Assembly: GCA_965208125.1 (NCBI GenBank)
Contig: OZ242320.1
Coordinates: 64,001 to 128,000, forward strand
DNA length: 64,000 nucleotides
From: Candidatus Latescibacterota bacterium
GTDB taxonomy: Bacteria > Latescibacterota > UBA2968
Direction: 5' to 3'
Part shown: piece after piece, positions 19,181-29,498 of the stretch
Layout of the letters: each line of letters begins with the position of its first letter
How positions within the stretch are numbered: position 1 is the first letter of the stretch
The notes under the pieces: model-generated
What the model was told of the DNA's origin: nothing
Databases searched by the model: none
Seen by the model: the letters and a program-made list of their open reading frames with translations, nothing else
Program-made: the position numbers and the translations under genes

Positions 19181-20221
19181 CTATAGCTCCTTGGGCAACG
19201 CGAGATTAAAGCGCCGCGCGGCTTCGCGGAGTTTTTCCGCCGTACCCACCGGAATGGGAATACCTTCGACAGAGCGTTCGGCAAGAGTGCGATTTTCGGG
19301 CTCGCCGGGCATGAGAATATCGTCAAAGCCATCTGCTCTGGGCAGTGCTTTGAGTTCATCTATCAAATTATCGACATGGTCTTTGTAATCATCCAGATCA
19401 ACAAAAAAGGAAATATCAATCGCAGCGACAATACCGTTTTGCTTTTTCAAACTCTCGCCCCCACGCAATACGGGAACGAGCAGAGGATTATCGACCATCA
19501 AACTGGACAAACACTGAAAAATAAGGGCAAGACCCGATCCCTTGGGACCACCCGTCGGCCGCAGAATAACCCCTTTACGCGCATCCGTCGTCGGATTGCC
19601 CGCGGCATCGAGCGCCCAGTCTTCGCCCAGCGGCACGCCCTTATCCTGCGCGAGCTGAAGTTTGCCACCCGCTGCCACACTGGTCGCCATATCGAGACTG
19701 ATGGGATCGCGTTTATTCGCCGGAACCGCAACAGCTATCGGGCTATTGTGTACGCCCGCTGCCTTCGCGCCAAAAGGAGCCATATTGGGCGGGCTACAAA
19801 CAATAGCAATACCCGCAAAGCCCTCCTGTGCCGCCATCAAAGAATAATAAGCCATCGCACCCTGATGCGTGACATCGCTGAGCAACACCCATCCGATACC
19901 CACATTTTTGGCCTTCTCAATGGCTTTTTTCATCGCAGGAACAGTCGCCACAGGTCCAAGAGCGCGGTCGCACGCAATGTGGGCAACCGCTGGCGACTCT
20001 TTGACGACGCGGATATGGGGCCGAGGATTCATCGCGCCTGTCTCAATATTGTTGAGATACGTGATGACGCGCAAAACCCCGTGAGAATCAACCCCTCGTA
20101 GATTCGCCCAAATAAGCACTTCTGCTTCTATGGCGGCATCTTGGGGCGGCATACCCGCATTTTCAAAAACGGATTGGATAAACGGTTCGAGATGTTCTGC
20201 GCGAATGCGAATGTCCGACAT
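19181..20221 (-). CDS. Ldh_2-family oxidoreductase
   Basis: ANLRGVDSHG, LDMATS, GPKGSGL, MPGEPE. Confidence 0.9.
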   Translation of the reverse strand: MSDIRIRAEHLEPFIQSVFENAGMPPQDAAIEAEVLIWANLRGVDSHGVLRVITYLNNIETGAMNPRPHIRVVKESPAVAHIACDRALGPVATVPAMKKAIEKAKNVGIGWVLLSDVTHQGAMAYYSLMAAQEGFAGIAIVCSPPNMAPFGAKAAGVHNSPIAVAVPANKRDPISLDMATSVAAGGKLQLAQDKGVPLGEDWALDAAGNPTTDARKGVILRPTGGPKGSGLALIFQCLSSLMVDNPLLVPVLRGGESLKKQNGIVAAIDISFFVDLDDYKDHVDNLIDELKALPRADGFDDILMPGEPENRTLAERSVEGIPIPVGTAEKLREAARRFNLALPKEL

Positions 20222-20231
20222 GGCAATCCTT

Positions 20232-20333
20232 TCAGTTATCAGTTGTCAGTTATCAGTTGTCAGTCCCAACCACCCAACCCCGGTGAGGCGGTGCGGGGTA
20301 ACTGATCACTGACTACTGGCTACTGACTACTGA
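20232..20333. repeat. inverted heptamer arrays flanking a GC-rich core
   Basis: (TCAGTTR)4 TCAGT at 20232-20264 and ACTGAYY-like x4 + ACTGA at 20301-20333. Confidence 0.8.
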
Positions 20334-20339
20334 GAAACC

Positions 20340-20368
20340 TTGACTTTGAAATTTTTTTCCGCTATGCT
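20340..20368 (+). promoter_or_regulatory. sigma70-type promoter
   Basis: TTGACT-17 bp-TATGCT. Confidence 0.55.
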
Positions 20369-20456
20369 GTCTGACAAATTAGTTTCGCGTTTTTGAAGCG
20401 TCAAGATAATAAATCCCAACGGCAAAAAAGAAAAACAACTTCTGGAGGGCCTACTT

Positions 20457-22016
20457 ATGAAACAGTGCTTTGAACATTATCGGACATTGCGAAAAGAGAT
20501 GGATGCGTGGTTAGATCAAAGCCGCCGGATGGACCCGCCGAGCAGGCATGGCGGAGGCGAAGATGAAGCGAACTATTCGCTGGCCTGGTTCCCCCACTAT
20601 CTCATCACCGGAAATGACGGGGTGAGAGAGCACTTTGAACACCTGCGCGATATGCTTGCTGGATGGGTAGAACGGGACTGCCTGCACGGTTATGAACCCG
20701 AAGCCGAAGCCCATCACGGAACCGAACCTTTTCTGCTCTTTTTGCCGCGTTACCTCGGATTATTTCCTGAAGACGAAAAAGCAAACGCACTCCTACAAGA
20801 CGCAGCCGAACACATCGGCAACTGGGTCGAAGGCATTCCCGAATGGTTTGACTGGGAGCGCAACCGGTTTTACGGATATTATATTGGCACCCGCACAGTA
20901 GGACGAGACGACGGCTACGACGCCGAAATTGCCGAGCACTTCCGCTTTGTCCACATTGCCCTTGCCGCACATAGAATGACGGGACAAGACCGGTACCTGG
21001 ACTGGGCATTGCAATACGGCAGACGTCGGGCAGAAATGATTGTCGCCATACCAGATGGCCCCTTGCCCATTGCCTGGGATGCAAACGGACAACCGAGATT
21101 TGGCAAGCAGGCGACTGGACAACAAAAAAAGGCGGCACAAGCCGGGCATCACGTCCCTGGCGATCCGCTCATCGGAGTCGAAGTACTGCTGGCTTCCGGC
21201 GTCACATACGCCCTGGGCGATCTGTTCGAAGCATCGGGCGACGCTGTATTCCACCAGGCGGCGCGGCGAATTGCAGAACCGATGATCAACGAATTGCTGG
21301 ACCCATATTCGGACCCCGGTGCAGCGGCGATCTCCTATTTTAGACGACAATTCTCCGATTCCTCCCTGGACGAGGCGATCCAGGTACAAATCGCGCGTTT
21401 TCCCGACATGCAAGAAGGTGAATTGGCCATGGTCTTTCCACAGGCGCGTCGCCGCGATTGGCCCGGCGTGGGCAAGCGCAACGACATGACGTATTGGGGA
21501 ATATGGAATGGCGATGGCTCCGTAACACCCACAACAGAACCGAGCACTGCGGCACTAACACTGGCATATCAGGTGACGGGTGATGAGCACTATGCCGAGC
21601 GCGCATTAAAGCAAGCAGCAGACAAGCTAATGATGGCGCGTCGGGTGCTGCGCGGTGGCAGAGAACACGCCGATATGGGTAGTGCCGTCTGTTCGACAGC
21701 GGCTGGACACGGGCGCAACTGGGGCATTGGACCCGTAACCGGATGTTACGGCCCATTGCTTTTGGGCACGCGAGAAGTAAAAAGCAAAGTAATGCCAACA
21801 GTCGAAGTAAAACACGCCAATGGCGAGCACGGTGTTCCCCAACAAATCCTTCCGCTTGTGATCCATTCCGGAACAGATGTAGATGGCGTAATGTTTTACA
21901 ATGGCGGCGACTCAGACATCTCATTCTCGTGGCGATTTGAAGACAACGGATGGCAGATTCTCACAGTAGAAACGGACGAAGTTGTCAATGCGGAATTGAC
22001 AGGAGTAATGGCATGA
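20457..22016 (+). CDS. hypothetical protein, possibly (alpha/alpha) barrel
   Basis: 519 aa, GGAGG RBS, repeated helix-ending motifs (ITGND, MTGQDRY, ASGDAVF, VTGDEHY); ATGA overlap with next gene. Confidence 0.75.
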   Translation: MKQCFEHYRTLRKEMDAWLDQSRRMDPPSRHGGGEDEANYSLAWFPHYLITGNDGVREHFEHLRDMLAGWVERDCLHGYEPEAEAHHGTEPFLLFLPRYLGLFPEDEKANALLQDAAEHIGNWVEGIPEWFDWERNRFYGYYIGTRTVGRDDGYDAEIAEHFRFVHIALAAHRMTGQDRYLDWALQYGRRRAEMIVAIPDGPLPIAWDANGQPRFGKQATGQQKKAAQAGHHVPGDPLIGVEVLLASGVTYALGDLFEASGDAVFHQAARRIAEPMINELLDPYSDPGAAAISYFRRQFSDSSLDEAIQVQIARFPDMQEGELAMVFPQARRRDWPGVGKRNDMTYWGIWNGDGSVTPTTEPSTAALTLAYQVTGDEHYAERALKQAADKLMMARRVLRGGREHADMGSAVCSTAAGHGRNWGIGPVTGCYGPLLLGTREVKSKVMPTVEVKHANGEHGVPQQILPLVIHSGTDVDGVMFYNGGDSDISFSWRFEDNGWQILTVETDEVVNAELTGVMA

Positions 22017-22990
22017 AATATCGCACACTGGGAGAAACCGGCCTCGAAGTATCGGAAATCGGATTGGGTGCCTTTCCCATCTCAGGAAAACAACAGCGAG
22101 CAGATGGAAGCATTGAAGTGTGGTCGGGCACAAGCGATGCGGAATCCATCGCCCTGATCCATCGCTGTGAAGAACTCGGTGTGAACTTAATCGATTCTGC
22201 GGAAGGCTATGGCGACGGACACAGTGAAGAACTCGTCGGACAAGCACTACAGGGGCGGCGAGACAAATGGATCATTGCGACCAAAGTGCAGCCAAACCGG
22301 GACATTGACCAGAACGATGAGCAATCAGTACACAACCGGATTGTCGAAGCATGCGAAAACAGCTTGAAACGCATGCAAACGGATTTTATCGACATTTATC
22401 AACTACACGCGATCCCGCACGAATGGGCCATGCCCGCCGTCATGCAAACCCTCGAAAAATTGCAACGGGAAGGCAAAATCAGATGGTACGGTATCTCGAC
22501 CAACAACCGCGAAGCCATCGACAAACTGCGGACATTGGGACCCATCCATATTTTGCAGATCGGATACAATTTATTGGAACGCAGTGCCGACGAATTATTG
22601 CACTGGTCAAAAGAACAAAAAATAGGCACACTCATCCGCGTACCCCTTGCAAAAGGCCAATTGACCGGAAAATACTTTGGGCAGAATGCCGAGAAAATAC
22701 CGCAAAACGATTTGCGGTACGAGCGGTTTCAGCGCCCCGAGGTGCAAGAGGGATTAAAAAAATTGCCCGAACTTCTATTTTTGCAAACAGAACAACGAAC
22801 CATGGCACAGGCATCTCTGCGATTTGTCTTAGATCACCCCGGCGTTTCATGTGTCATCGCCGGCGCAAAAAATCGACAACAAGTTGACGACAACACAGCG
22901 GCATCAGACATGCCACCGCTCACACACGAAGAGCTACACCGCGCCCTGCCCATCGCAGATGCAATTGGCACAGCGGGATGGATTGGGTGA
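22013..22990 (+). CDS. aldo/keto reductase
   Basis: MKYRTLGETGLEVSEIGLG, IDSAEGYG, IATK, DIYQLH, EGKIRWYGIS. Confidence 0.92.
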   Translation: MKYRTLGETGLEVSEIGLGAFPISGKQQRADGSIEVWSGTSDAESIALIHRCEELGVNLIDSAEGYGDGHSEELVGQALQGRRDKWIIATKVQPNRDIDQNDEQSVHNRIVEACENSLKRMQTDFIDIYQLHAIPHEWAMPAVMQTLEKLQREGKIRWYGISTNNREAIDKLRTLGPIHILQIGYNLLERSADELLHWSKEQKIGTLIRVPLAKGQLTGKYFGQNAEKIPQNDLRYERFQRPEVQEGLKKLPELLFLQTEQRTMAQASLRFVLDHPGVSCVIAGAKNRQQVDDNTAASDMPPLTHEELHRALPIADAIGTAGWIG

Positions 22991-23005
22991 ATCAGGAGGA
23001 TTATC

Positions 23006-24145
23006 ATGAAAATCACAGCATTAAAAACATTCGTCGTTCCCACAACGGGCAATTTTTTCGTCAAAGTCGAAACAGACGAAGGTATTTACGGATTGGGAGA
23101 AGCGGGATTAAAGCGCCGCGGAACCGCGATTGCCGAAGTGATCCGCTCGTTTTCCCCAGACGTTATCGGGCAAGACCCCTTTCGGATTGAGCACCTGTGG
23201 CAGATCATGTTTCGCGGCGGATTTTTTCCGGGCGGCGTGGTACAGTCATCGGCAGTAAGCGCTGTTGACATCGCGCTCTGGGATATCAAAGGCAAAGCCC
23301 TGGGCGTACCCGTCTATGAACTATTGGGCGGAAGAACCCGCGACAAAGTGGCGTGTTATCCGCATATTGGCGAACGGGACAATATCGACCGACTGGTCGC
23401 AAATTGTAAACAACGACAGGAAGAAGGCTGGAAATTTGTCCGATGGGGCCTGAGCGACCCCACAGACCCCAATGTATTTGAACCTTCGCGCGCCGTGCGT
23501 CACGGCATTGAACAGGTAAAAGCCGTGCGCGAAGCCTGTGGCGATGAAATAGAAATCTGCGTCGATGTACACACGCGACTGGACCCCGCCTGGGTCATTG
23601 CATATTGCAAAGGCGTGGAACCCTATCGCCCATTTTTTATCGAAGACCCATTGCGAAGTGAAAGCACACAGAGCCTGCGCCTCGTGCGACAAAATACGCA
23701 TCTGCCTTTAGCCATTGGCGAACAATTCGATAGCAAGTGGAAATTCCAGCAAGTAATCGAAGAAGATTTAATGGACTATTGCCGCGTCGATCTCTGCATT
23801 GCAGGCGGTTTGACCGAAGCTAAAAAAATCGCGGGCTGGTGCGAGACACATTATATTCACCTGGCCCCCCACAATCCACTGGGACCCGTATCAACAGCCG
23901 CCTGTTTGCACCTGTGTCTATCGTCTTCTCTCGTCGGCGTACAGGAATTGCCCAGACCTCCCATGACCACCTTGACAGACGTATTCCCCAAACAAATGCC
24001 CTACGCAAACGGCCATCTGCTCGTACCCGAAGGACCGGGATTGGGCATTGAATTAAATGAAGACGCAATTGCAGACATGGCCCCTCCCGAACCATCTACG
24101 GGCGCGGGATTCCGCCGCGCAGATGGCTCGTACACAAATTGGTAA
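23006..24145 (+). CDS. enolase-superfamily enzyme, galactonate dehydratase-like
   Basis: SAVDIALWDIKGKALGVPVYELLGG, DVHTR, FIEDP, AIGE, APHNPLGP. Confidence 0.88.
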   Translation: MKITALKTFVVPTTGNFFVKVETDEGIYGLGEAGLKRRGTAIAEVIRSFSPDVIGQDPFRIEHLWQIMFRGGFFPGGVVQSSAVSAVDIALWDIKGKALGVPVYELLGGRTRDKVACYPHIGERDNIDRLVANCKQRQEEGWKFVRWGLSDPTDPNVFEPSRAVRHGIEQVKAVREACGDEIEICVDVHTRLDPAWVIAYCKGVEPYRPFFIEDPLRSESTQSLRLVRQNTHLPLAIGEQFDSKWKFQQVIEEDLMDYCRVDLCIAGGLTEAKKIAGWCETHYIHLAPHNPLGPVSTAACLHLCLSSSLVGVQELPRPPMTTLTDVFPKQMPYANGHLLVPEGPGLGIELNEDAIADMAPPEPSTGAGFRRADGSYTNW

Positions 24146-24161
24146 AAAAGGAGCATTAAAA

Positions 24162-24944
24162 ATGCGGAAACAGCAATACCTCGGCCTACTCGCACTGATC
24201 GCTTTCATCCTCCTGCAGCCGGCCGTGGCAATCGCCCAAACCTCATTCCAATTTCAATACGGCAAACTCACAAACCCGTTTTCCGGTGCCTCGGAATACA
24301 CCTCTATCCTAACCGTACAACAGGCAGCGCAGTGGCGATATGGCGACAGTTTCTTTTTTATCGACTTCCTGGAAGATGGCGTTCCGGACGGCTTCAACGA
24401 CAAAAGTATCTACGGAGAATGGTATCCGACCCTCAGCATTGGCAAACTGACAAACACAGAGATCAGCATCGGTCCCATCAGAGATATTTCCGTAATCGCT
24501 GGATTCAATGCCGACTCCGATGCCAATGTTCTCAAATACCTGCCCGGAGTGCGGGCTTCGTGGAACGTACCGGGCTTCTTCTTTGTCAACACCGACCTGA
24601 CCGCCCTGATCGACGCCAGCAGCGGCACAGCGCACGGCGGTGCGCCCACAACGAGCAACAGCTTTTTATTTGACATCAATTGGGGTACCGCTTTTGGAAC
24701 TGGTGGTCAGTCCTTCGGTTTCTTCGGCCATGCAGAATACGTCGGTTCTCAGACCAACGAATTTGGCAGCGAAGTCAAAAGCTGGCTCCTCGTGCAGCCA
24801 CAACTCACCTATGACTTGAGCAAGGCGATAAACGGCGAGGGCAACACGCTCTTTGTCGGCATAGAATACCAGTACTGGTGGAACAAACTCGGCACCACCA
24901 CGACCGAAAATGTCGTGCAATTATTAGTCGTGTGGCAACTCTGA
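24162..24944 (+). CDS. Tsx-like nucleoside-specific outer membrane channel
   Basis: Signal peptide; WRYGDSFFFID, YGEWYP.LS, GIEYQYWWNKLG. Confidence 0.78.
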   Translation: MRKQQYLGLLALIAFILLQPAVAIAQTSFQFQYGKLTNPFSGASEYTSILTVQQAAQWRYGDSFFFIDFLEDGVPDGFNDKSIYGEWYPTLSIGKLTNTEISIGPIRDISVIAGFNADSDANVLKYLPGVRASWNVPGFFFVNTDLTALIDASSGTAHGGAPTTSNSFLFDINWGTAFGTGGQSFGFFGHAEYVGSQTNEFGSEVKSWLLVQPQLTYDLSKAINGEGNTLFVGIEYQYWWNKLGTTTTENVVQLLVVWQL

Positions 24945-24974
24945 TTTCTTTCAAAAAAGAAAAGGAATTTCACC

Positions 24975-26231
24975 ATGAAAGTACGAATCGGCATCATCGG
25001 ATGTGCGCGAATACTAAACGCCCATTTGCGCGGCTATAAAATCCTCCAGGAAAACGATTTTGGCGATCTCTTTCATATCACAGCTTTGTGCGCGCGCAAA
25101 GAAGAAGACGCCCATCGCTTCCGAAAACGAGGCGAGGGACCCGGTCCCCGCCCCGCACCTGTGGATGCACCTGGGGACCCACTCAATGCGCCGCATTCAT
25201 TTATCAGTGACCTGCATCCCGATAGCGATGCAGAAGTGTACACCGACTACAACGAAATGTTGGAAAAGGGCAAAATCGACGCAGTGATCATCTTGACCGG
25301 ACACGACAACCACCACAGCATCGCCATAGACGCCATGAGAGCAGGGAAACACGTCTCGGTCGAAAAACCAATGGCAATTTCAGTCAAAGCGGCCCAGCGA
25401 ATGTGTGAAGTCGCCGACGAAACCGGACAAATCTTGAGCATTGACGAAAATGTGAACTTCAATCCCTCTACCTGGGCCAGCCAATGGGCCATAGAAAAGG
25501 GCCTCATTGGCGATGTACAAATGCTCTATCGCGGCGTCATCGGATTTCGCAATTCGCGTCCAGACCTCGTGGCCGCGCGAACGCCCTGGCGTCAGAGCAA
25601 ATTGGGCGCAGGTGGAGGCGTTGCCATCGACCTGGGCGTCCACCTTTTTAACGGCGTCCGCACAATTTGTGGCCCCATAAAATCGGTACAAGCCCTGTGG
25701 CGAACACTCGAGCCCGTGCGCGTCTTGATGGCCGACGATGATAGCGCCGTAGTCGATCAAATCGAAAATCAAGTAGATGATGCTTTTTTTGCCAACTTTG
25801 AATTTGAAAACGGCGGCATCGGACACATGGCTGTATCGAGAAGTGCGCGGGGAACACAGGTCGGCGTACCGGGCGGCACGAATATTTGGGGCAGCAAAGG
25901 GGCGATTTCAGACGGACAATTATTTGGCGAAGACGGCACATCGGAAAATGTGGAAGACCGATTTCAACGAGAAGCCGACCCCTCGCATCTGGACGAGATC
26001 ATGCCGCGCGGAATCACCGATGCATTTGCGCTTGAGAACCTGAACTGGTTGCAAGCCATCGCAAACGGCAAACCCGTCCAGATGAGCGGAGAAGAAGGCA
26101 CCATCGACCTGGCATTGAGCTATGCGATTCTCGAATCTGGCTTGCTCGGACACGCCGTCACCTTAGACGAAATGTTAAAAGGCGAAGTGGATGAGTATCA
26201 AAAAGAAATCAACGATTATTACGGATTATAA
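24975..26231 (+). CDS. Gfo/Idh/MocA-family oxidoreductase
   Basis: IGIIGCARI, GKHVSVEKP, DLGVH. Confidence 0.9.
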   Translation: MKVRIGIIGCARILNAHLRGYKILQENDFGDLFHITALCARKEEDAHRFRKRGEGPGPRPAPVDAPGDPLNAPHSFISDLHPDSDAEVYTDYNEMLEKGKIDAVIILTGHDNHHSIAIDAMRAGKHVSVEKPMAISVKAAQRMCEVADETGQILSIDENVNFNPSTWASQWAIEKGLIGDVQMLYRGVIGFRNSRPDLVAARTPWRQSKLGAGGGVAIDLGVHLFNGVRTICGPIKSVQALWRTLEPVRVLMADDDSAVVDQIENQVDDAFFANFEFENGGIGHMAVSRSARGTQVGVPGGTNIWGSKGAISDGQLFGEDGTSENVEDRFQREADPSHLDEIMPRGITDAFALENLNWLQAIANGKPVQMSGEEGTIDLALSYAILESGLLGHAVTLDEMLKGEVDEYQKEINDYYGL

Positions 26232-26245
26232 CCCTGGAGCACGCG

Positions 26246-27007
26246 ATGAAAATCTCACCAGCACACCAACAACAATTAGACGAACAGGGCTATGTGATCA
26301 TCCCCCATGTACTTTCTGAATCCGAGATAGCACACTATCGGGCACTATTGCTGGACCTTGCCAAACAAGAGCGCGGAGACGGCTCGGGCCGGGTACATAC
26401 CAGTGGCAGGGGCCAGCATGTGCGGTGGCTGGTGAACAAGGGAAAACCATTTGAAAAGCTGGTGGCGCATCCCAAAGTCGTGCCCTATTTTGAATATATG
26501 CTCGGCGAAGATTATACCCTCAGCACACTCACATCAAACGTGATTTACCCGGGCGCCGAAGACAATGCATTTCACGTCGATAATGCACTGGGCAAAATGC
26601 CAGAGCCGTTGCCCTCATTCCCCATGTTTGTCAACACCCTGTGGCTTCTGAACGACTTTACCCCGGAAAACGGAGGCACGCGCTTTGTGCCCGGCAGCCA
26701 TCGGTTCTTAAAAAAACCCCCGCCAAAAGACCATCCACACGCCCTATGCCATCCCAACGAAATGAGACTCTCAGCCCCAAAAGGCTCGGTATTCTTGTTC
26801 AACGGCGCAATATGGCACGCTACAGGAGCCAACCGCACAGATGACGCCCGCGTGTGCCTGATCTGCTTCTGCTGCCGATCATTTCTAAAGCCCATGTTCG
26901 ATTTTGTACACTATCTCAAACCCGAAGTGGTGGATCGAGCCACACCGGAAATGAAGCGCATCTACGGATTTAATTCTCAACCCCAGCCGCCGGATGTGCG
27001 CGATTAA
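26246..27007 (+). CDS. phytanoyl-CoA dioxygenase-family Fe(II)/2OG oxygenase
   Basis: EQGYVII, FHVD (HxD), ENGGTRFVPGSH, IWH..G.N...R. Confidence 0.9.
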   Translation: MKISPAHQQQLDEQGYVIIPHVLSESEIAHYRALLLDLAKQERGDGSGRVHTSGRGQHVRWLVNKGKPFEKLVAHPKVVPYFEYMLGEDYTLSTLTSNVIYPGAEDNAFHVDNALGKMPEPLPSFPMFVNTLWLLNDFTPENGGTRFVPGSHRFLKKPPPKDHPHALCHPNEMRLSAPKGSVFLFNGAIWHATGANRTDDARVCLICFCCRSFLKPMFDFVHYLKPEVVDRATPEMKRIYGFNSQPQPPDVRD

Positions 27008-27097
27008 ACTGATCTCACAGGATTACGCATCAATCGCGCCCCCGATTCGCTATTGAGTCGGGGATACTTTTGGCTACTTCAACAAAAGAGGCAAAAG

Positions 27098-28240
27098 ATG
27101 AAAATTACCGATGTCAAAGCGACAACATTGAAGGGCTACAAAGATTGGAACTACGTAAAAGTAGAAACCGACGCCGGCATATCGGGCGTGGGGGAAGCGC
27201 ATCCGGGCGAAGGCATAACCGATGCCGTGACAAAGTGCTTGCGCCCCATGCTCATCGGGCAAAATCCCCTGAATGTCGAGCCGCTCTACACGCGGATGCT
27301 CGACCGCTCCACCGGGCAATCTACTGCCGGGATACTCCTCGGCGCAATCGGCGGCGTGGAAACAGCACTCTGGGATGTTGCGGGCAAAGCCATTGGCGTG
27401 CCAATCTATCAACTACTCGGCGGAAAGTATCGGGACCGACTGCGGATGTACGCCGATGTGGGCAGGGGGCGAAATCGACAAAACACCCCCGAGACATGGG
27501 CCGAACGCGCCAAAGAGGGCGTGGCAGATGGATTTCAGTCCATCAAATTCGACATCGACGGATCGGCAAACGAATTGCAACACGACCCCGTGGATCGCGG
27601 GTTATCACTCGCCGAATTGGACAAAATGGAAGCCATGGTATCCGCAGTCCGCGACGCCGTCGGATACGACATCGACCTGTGCATCGATTGCCACGGAAAA
27701 TACAATGTGCGCGATGTGCTCTTACTCGCCCAGCGTCTGGAAAAATTCAACCTGATGTTCCTCGAAGACCCCGTACCCCCGGAAAATATCGACGCCATGG
27801 GCAAAGTAACGGCTTCGACATCCATACCGATCTGCACGGGCGAATGGGTCCACCGCAGAGACGGATTTCGCGGGCTAATCGAGAATCAAGCGTGCGACAT
27901 GCTACACATCGATATCTCGGCAACCGGAGGCATGCTGGAAGGCAAAAAAATCGCCGATCTGGCAGACCTGTACTACATGCCCGCCGCATTCCACAACATC
28001 GTATCGCCGTTGGGCATGGTGGCATCCGCACATGTAGGCGCAGCCGTGCGAAACCTCCACACTCTGGAACTACCCTACCACGCAGACCAGATAGAATGGC
28101 GATGGGACCTCGTAATCAGCGACGAGCCATTAATCCAAGATGGACAATTTGTCCTCCCGGAAAAACCGGGCCTCGGCGTCGAATTTAACGAGGATTTGGC
28201 GCGCACGCATGTGAAAGAAGGATATGATTTCTTTGATTAG
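27098..28240 (+). CDS. mandelate racemase/muconate lactonizing enzyme family protein
   Basis: ETALWDVAGKAIGVPIYQLLGG, KFD, DCHG, FLEDP, CTGE; start ATG 27098. Confidence 0.9.
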   Translation: MKITDVKATTLKGYKDWNYVKVETDAGISGVGEAHPGEGITDAVTKCLRPMLIGQNPLNVEPLYTRMLDRSTGQSTAGILLGAIGGVETALWDVAGKAIGVPIYQLLGGKYRDRLRMYADVGRGRNRQNTPETWAERAKEGVADGFQSIKFDIDGSANELQHDPVDRGLSLAELDKMEAMVSAVRDAVGYDIDLCIDCHGKYNVRDVLLLAQRLEKFNLMFLEDPVPPENIDAMGKVTASTSIPICTGEWVHRRDGFRGLIENQACDMLHIDISATGGMLEGKKIADLADLYYMPAAFHNIVSPLGMVASAHVGAAVRNLHTLELPYHADQIEWRWDLVISDEPLIQDGQFVLPEKPGLGVEFNEDLARTHVKEGYDFFD

Positions 28241-28321
28241 TCGTTGACAAGGGATGGTAGATTTCTATATTGATGCGGCTTTTGAGAAAAATTTTAGATG
28301 TACATAAAAAAGGAGACATCT

Positions 28322-29479
28322 ATGGAACTCAACATCGGCATGATCGGATATTCATTCATGGGCAAAGCGCACAGCAATGGATTCCGCCAACTGCCCGCAT
28401 TCTTTCCCGAACTCGGTGTGAAACCCGTATTAAAAGTAATCTGTGGACGCAACTCCGACGCCGTAAAAGATGCGGCTGAGACATACCAATGGGAAGAATA
28501 CGAAACCGACTGGGAAAAAGTCGTCGTTCGAGACGACATCGACGTCATCGACATCTGCACACCCGGCGATCAGCACCTGCCCATGGCACTGGCAGCATTG
28601 AAAGCCGGCAAACACGTCATCTGTGAAAAACCCCTCACAAACACCCTTGCAGAAGCCAGAGAATTATTGGCCGTGGCTGAAAACACCGACAAAAAAACCA
28701 TGGTTGCATTCAACTACCGCCGCGTACCCGCGGTGGCATTGGCTCGGCAATTGATCGCCGAAGGGCGGATTGGGGAAATTTATCACTGGCGCGCCGTGTA
28801 CTTGCAAGACTGGATCATCGACCCCGACTTCCCACTCGTCTGGCGATTGGAAAAAGACAAAGCAGGTTCGGGACCGCACGGCGATCTGAACGCGCATATC
28901 ATCGATCTCGCCCTGCATCTCGTAGGCGACATCGACAGCGTAGTCGGCGCAGATACCACCTTCATCAAAGAACGCCCCCTACTCGAAGCCGTTGACGCGG
29001 GCCTGGGCGCGCAAGGCGGCGAACAAATGGGCCAGGTGACCGTTGACGACGCCACCATGTTTTTGGCCCGGTTCCAAAACGGCGCACTCGGCACATTTGA
29101 AGCCACGCGATTTGCCGCCGGGCGGCGCAACTACAACCATTTTGAAATCAACGGAAGCAAAGGCAGTATCGCATTCAACCTGCAAAAAATGAACGAATTG
29201 CAATTCTATTCGCGCGACGACGAAGATCATATCCAGGGCTTCCGAGAAATTATCGTCGGTGAAGGCAGCCAACCCTTTATGGGCGCGTGGTGGCCGCCGG
29301 GACACATTATTGGCTGGGAACACACATTCACGCATGAATTCAGGGATTTCTTTGAAGCGATTGCACAGGATGGAACCTTTTCCCCCGACTTTGCCGAAGG
29401 CACAAAGGTACAGGCCGTCCTGGAAGCCGTAGTCGATTCGGCAGCTACAAAAACCTGGCAAGACGTGCCAAAAATTTGA
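28322..29479 (+). CDS. Gfo/Idh/MocA oxidoreductase, levoglucosan dehydrogenase-like
   Basis: IGYSFMGKAHS, CEKP, FNYRRVPAV, YLQDW, GDLNAH; AAGGAG RBS. Confidence 0.9.
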   Translation: MELNIGMIGYSFMGKAHSNGFRQLPAFFPELGVKPVLKVICGRNSDAVKDAAETYQWEEYETDWEKVVVRDDIDVIDICTPGDQHLPMALAALKAGKHVICEKPLTNTLAEARELLAVAENTDKKTMVAFNYRRVPAVALARQLIAEGRIGEIYHWRAVYLQDWIIDPDFPLVWRLEKDKAGSGPHGDLNAHIIDLALHLVGDIDSVVGADTTFIKERPLLEAVDAGLGAQGGEQMGQVTVDDATMFLARFQNGALGTFEATRFAAGRRNYNHFEINGSKGSIAFNLQKMNELQFYSRDDEDHIQGFREIIVGEGSQPFMGAWWPPGHIIGWEHTFTHEFRDFFEAIAQDGTFSPDFAEGTKVQAVLEAVVDSAATKTWQDVPKI

Positions 29480-29498
29480 GTTAAAACAGGAGTGAAAA

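Noticed and set aside
27070-28188. 372-aa alternative-frame ORF
   Set aside because: Arg-rich shadow frame overlapping a clear enolase-superfamily gene
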